Assembly: GCA_964373675.1 (NCBI GenBank)
Contig: CAYJVO010000001.1
Coordinates: forward strand, 4,327 to 68,326
Source: an uncultured Candidatus Saccharibacteria bacterium
GTDB lineage: Bacteria; Patescibacteriota; Minisyncoccia; UBA6257; WO2-44-18
Direction of reading: 5' to 3'
DNA length: 64,000 nt
Numbering within the stretch: position 1 is the first letter of the stretch; every line of letters begins with the position of its first letter. Positions 62,950 to 64,000 of the stretch are shown one piece after another. The notes beneath the pieces are model-generated. The model was not told where the DNA came from. It worked only from the letters and a program-made list of their open reading frames with translations, and ran no database searches. Both the position numbers and the translations under genes were made by a program.

Positions 62950-64000
62950 TTACATCATATCCATTCCCGGATTCGGAGCCGGCGGGGTTTTATCTTCTTT
63001 TTTTGGAATTTCCGATACTGCCGCGCCGATCGTTAAGTAGTTGGAAGCTACGGAAACGGCATTTAAAAATGCCACTTTAGTTACCTTTAGCGGATCTAAG
63101 ATGCCGGCTTGCTTAAGGTCAGTCACTTTCTGCTTATTGGAGTCAAACCCTTTCCAAAGATCCTTACTGGAAAGTTGGCTAATTACCTCAGCTGCCGATT
63201 GACCGCTATTAGCGATGATCGCTTTTAATGGCGCTTCCGCGGCGGCCATTAAAATCTGACCGGCCGGCTCTTTTGAATTCCGAAATGCTTCTCCGGCATG
63301 ATACAAAGCCATGCCGCCGCCGGGCACAATCCCCTCTTCCATCGCCGCGCGGGTAGCTGCCACTGCGTCCTCCACTCTTTGTTTCAATTCTTGCTGCGCG
63401 GATTCCGTTGGCGCGCCGACTTTAATTACGGCAACGCCGCCAGACAACTTACCCAACCGTTCCTGTAATTTCTCTTTGTCAAATTCGGAATCAGTTTTTT
63501 TAAGCTGGGCTTTAATTTGGGCAATTCGCTGATTGATCTCATCTTTTGATCCTTTGCCGCCGACAATCGTGGTGTAATCTTTATTGGAAACCACCCGATG
63601 CGCCGAACCCAACGAGTGAATATCCGCTGATTCCATTTTTTTGCCTACATCTTCAGAAATAAATTCTGCGCCGGTCACTATCGCAATATCCTGCAGCATT
63701 TCTTTTCTGCGATCGCCAAAGCCCGGCGCCTTGACTGCCAACACCGTAAATATGCCGCGCAGTTTATTGACTACCAAAGTTGCTAGCGCTTCACCATCAA
63801 CTTCATCGGCAATAATTACTAATTCTTTCTTTCCGCTCTGAACTATCTTTTCCAAAAGCGGCAGAATATCATTAATTGCCGAAATTTTTCGGTCGGTTAC
63901 TAAAATATATGGTTCTTCTAAAGCTGCTTCCATTTTCTCGGAATTAGTAATCATATACGGAGAAATGTAGCCGCGATCAAACTGCATCCCCTCCACGACT
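62950..64000 (-). CDS. groL: Chaperonin GroEL (60 kDa), C-terminal ~350 aa; N-terminus lies beyond the window
   Basis: Apical and equatorial C-terminal domain motifs (GGVAVIKVGA, the PGGGMALY variant of GGG(V/T)AL) and a GMDMM-type C-terminal tail. Confidence 0.9.
   Translation of the reverse strand, partial: VVEGMQFDRGYISPYMITNSEKMEAALEEPYILVTDRKISAINDILPLLEKIVQSGKKELVIIADEVDGEALATLVVNKLRGIFTVLAVKAPGFGDRRKEMLQDIAIVTGAEFISEDVGKKMESADIHSLGSAHRVVSNKDYTTIVGGKGSKDEINQRIAQIKAQLKKTDSEFDKEKLQERLGKLSGGVAVIKVGAPTESAQQELKQRVEDAVAATRAAMEEGIVPGGGMALYHAGEAFRNSKEPAGQILMAAAEAPLKAIIANSGQSAAEVISQLSSKDLWKGFDSNKQKVTDLKQAGILDPLKVTKVAFLNAVSVASNYLTIGAAVSEIPKKEDKTPPAPNPGMDMM

Noticed and set aside
1-64000. rRNA genes, IS transposases, integrases
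   Set aside because: No long non-coding conserved stretches typical of 16S/23S/5S. No ORF with DDE/HUH/tyrosine-recombinase motifs was seen in any frame.

Overview
This is a gene-dense, AT-leaning bacterial chromosomal segment of roughly 40-45% GC (judged by eye). The gene content and architecture point to a small-genome Patescibacteria/CPR-type organism; that lineage call is inference from content, not a database hit. The right half (42-58.7 kb, minus strand) carries a near-complete str-S10-spc-secY ribosomal superoperon running rpsL-rpsG-fusA-tuf-rpsJ-rplCDWB-rpsS-rplV-rpsC-rplP-rpmC-rpsQ-rplNXE-rpsZ-rpsH-rplFR-rpsE-rplO-secY-adk-map. No L30 gene lies between rpsE and rplO, S14 is the Zn-ribbon type, L3 is about 65 aa shorter than usual, and L24 carries a C4 zinc-ribbon tail. 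The left half holds cell-envelope and division genes (mraY, murG, ftsW, murC, dacC-like, alr, ftsQ-like, M23 peptidase, scpAB), aminoacyl-tRNA synthetases (gltX, lysS, serS), dnaX, greA, ychF, thyA and a partial groL. It also holds GT2 glycosyltransferases and three ArnT/PMT-like GT-C glycosyltransferases, two glycoside hydrolases, a TrwB/VirD4-like coupling ATPase and two tRNAs (Gln-TTG, Ser-GGA). The most unusual content is non-coding. At least six families of short dispersed elements (A-F) occupy intergenic spacers, several wedged into the normally compact r-protein operon; most are palindromic, and family A has compensatory base changes suggesting a structured RNA. A small accessory block at 29.1-32.0 kb contains a higher-GC Cys/His-rich gene with weak deaminase-like motifs, beside a P-loop(AAA_28-like)-CYTH fusion protein. 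Inverted repeats flank the 4-kb ychF-T4CP segment. There is an orphan Cas4/RecB-like PD-(D/E)xK nuclease, and a mini GIY-YIG gene flanked by inverted repeats. No CRISPR array, rRNA or classical IS transposase was seen.
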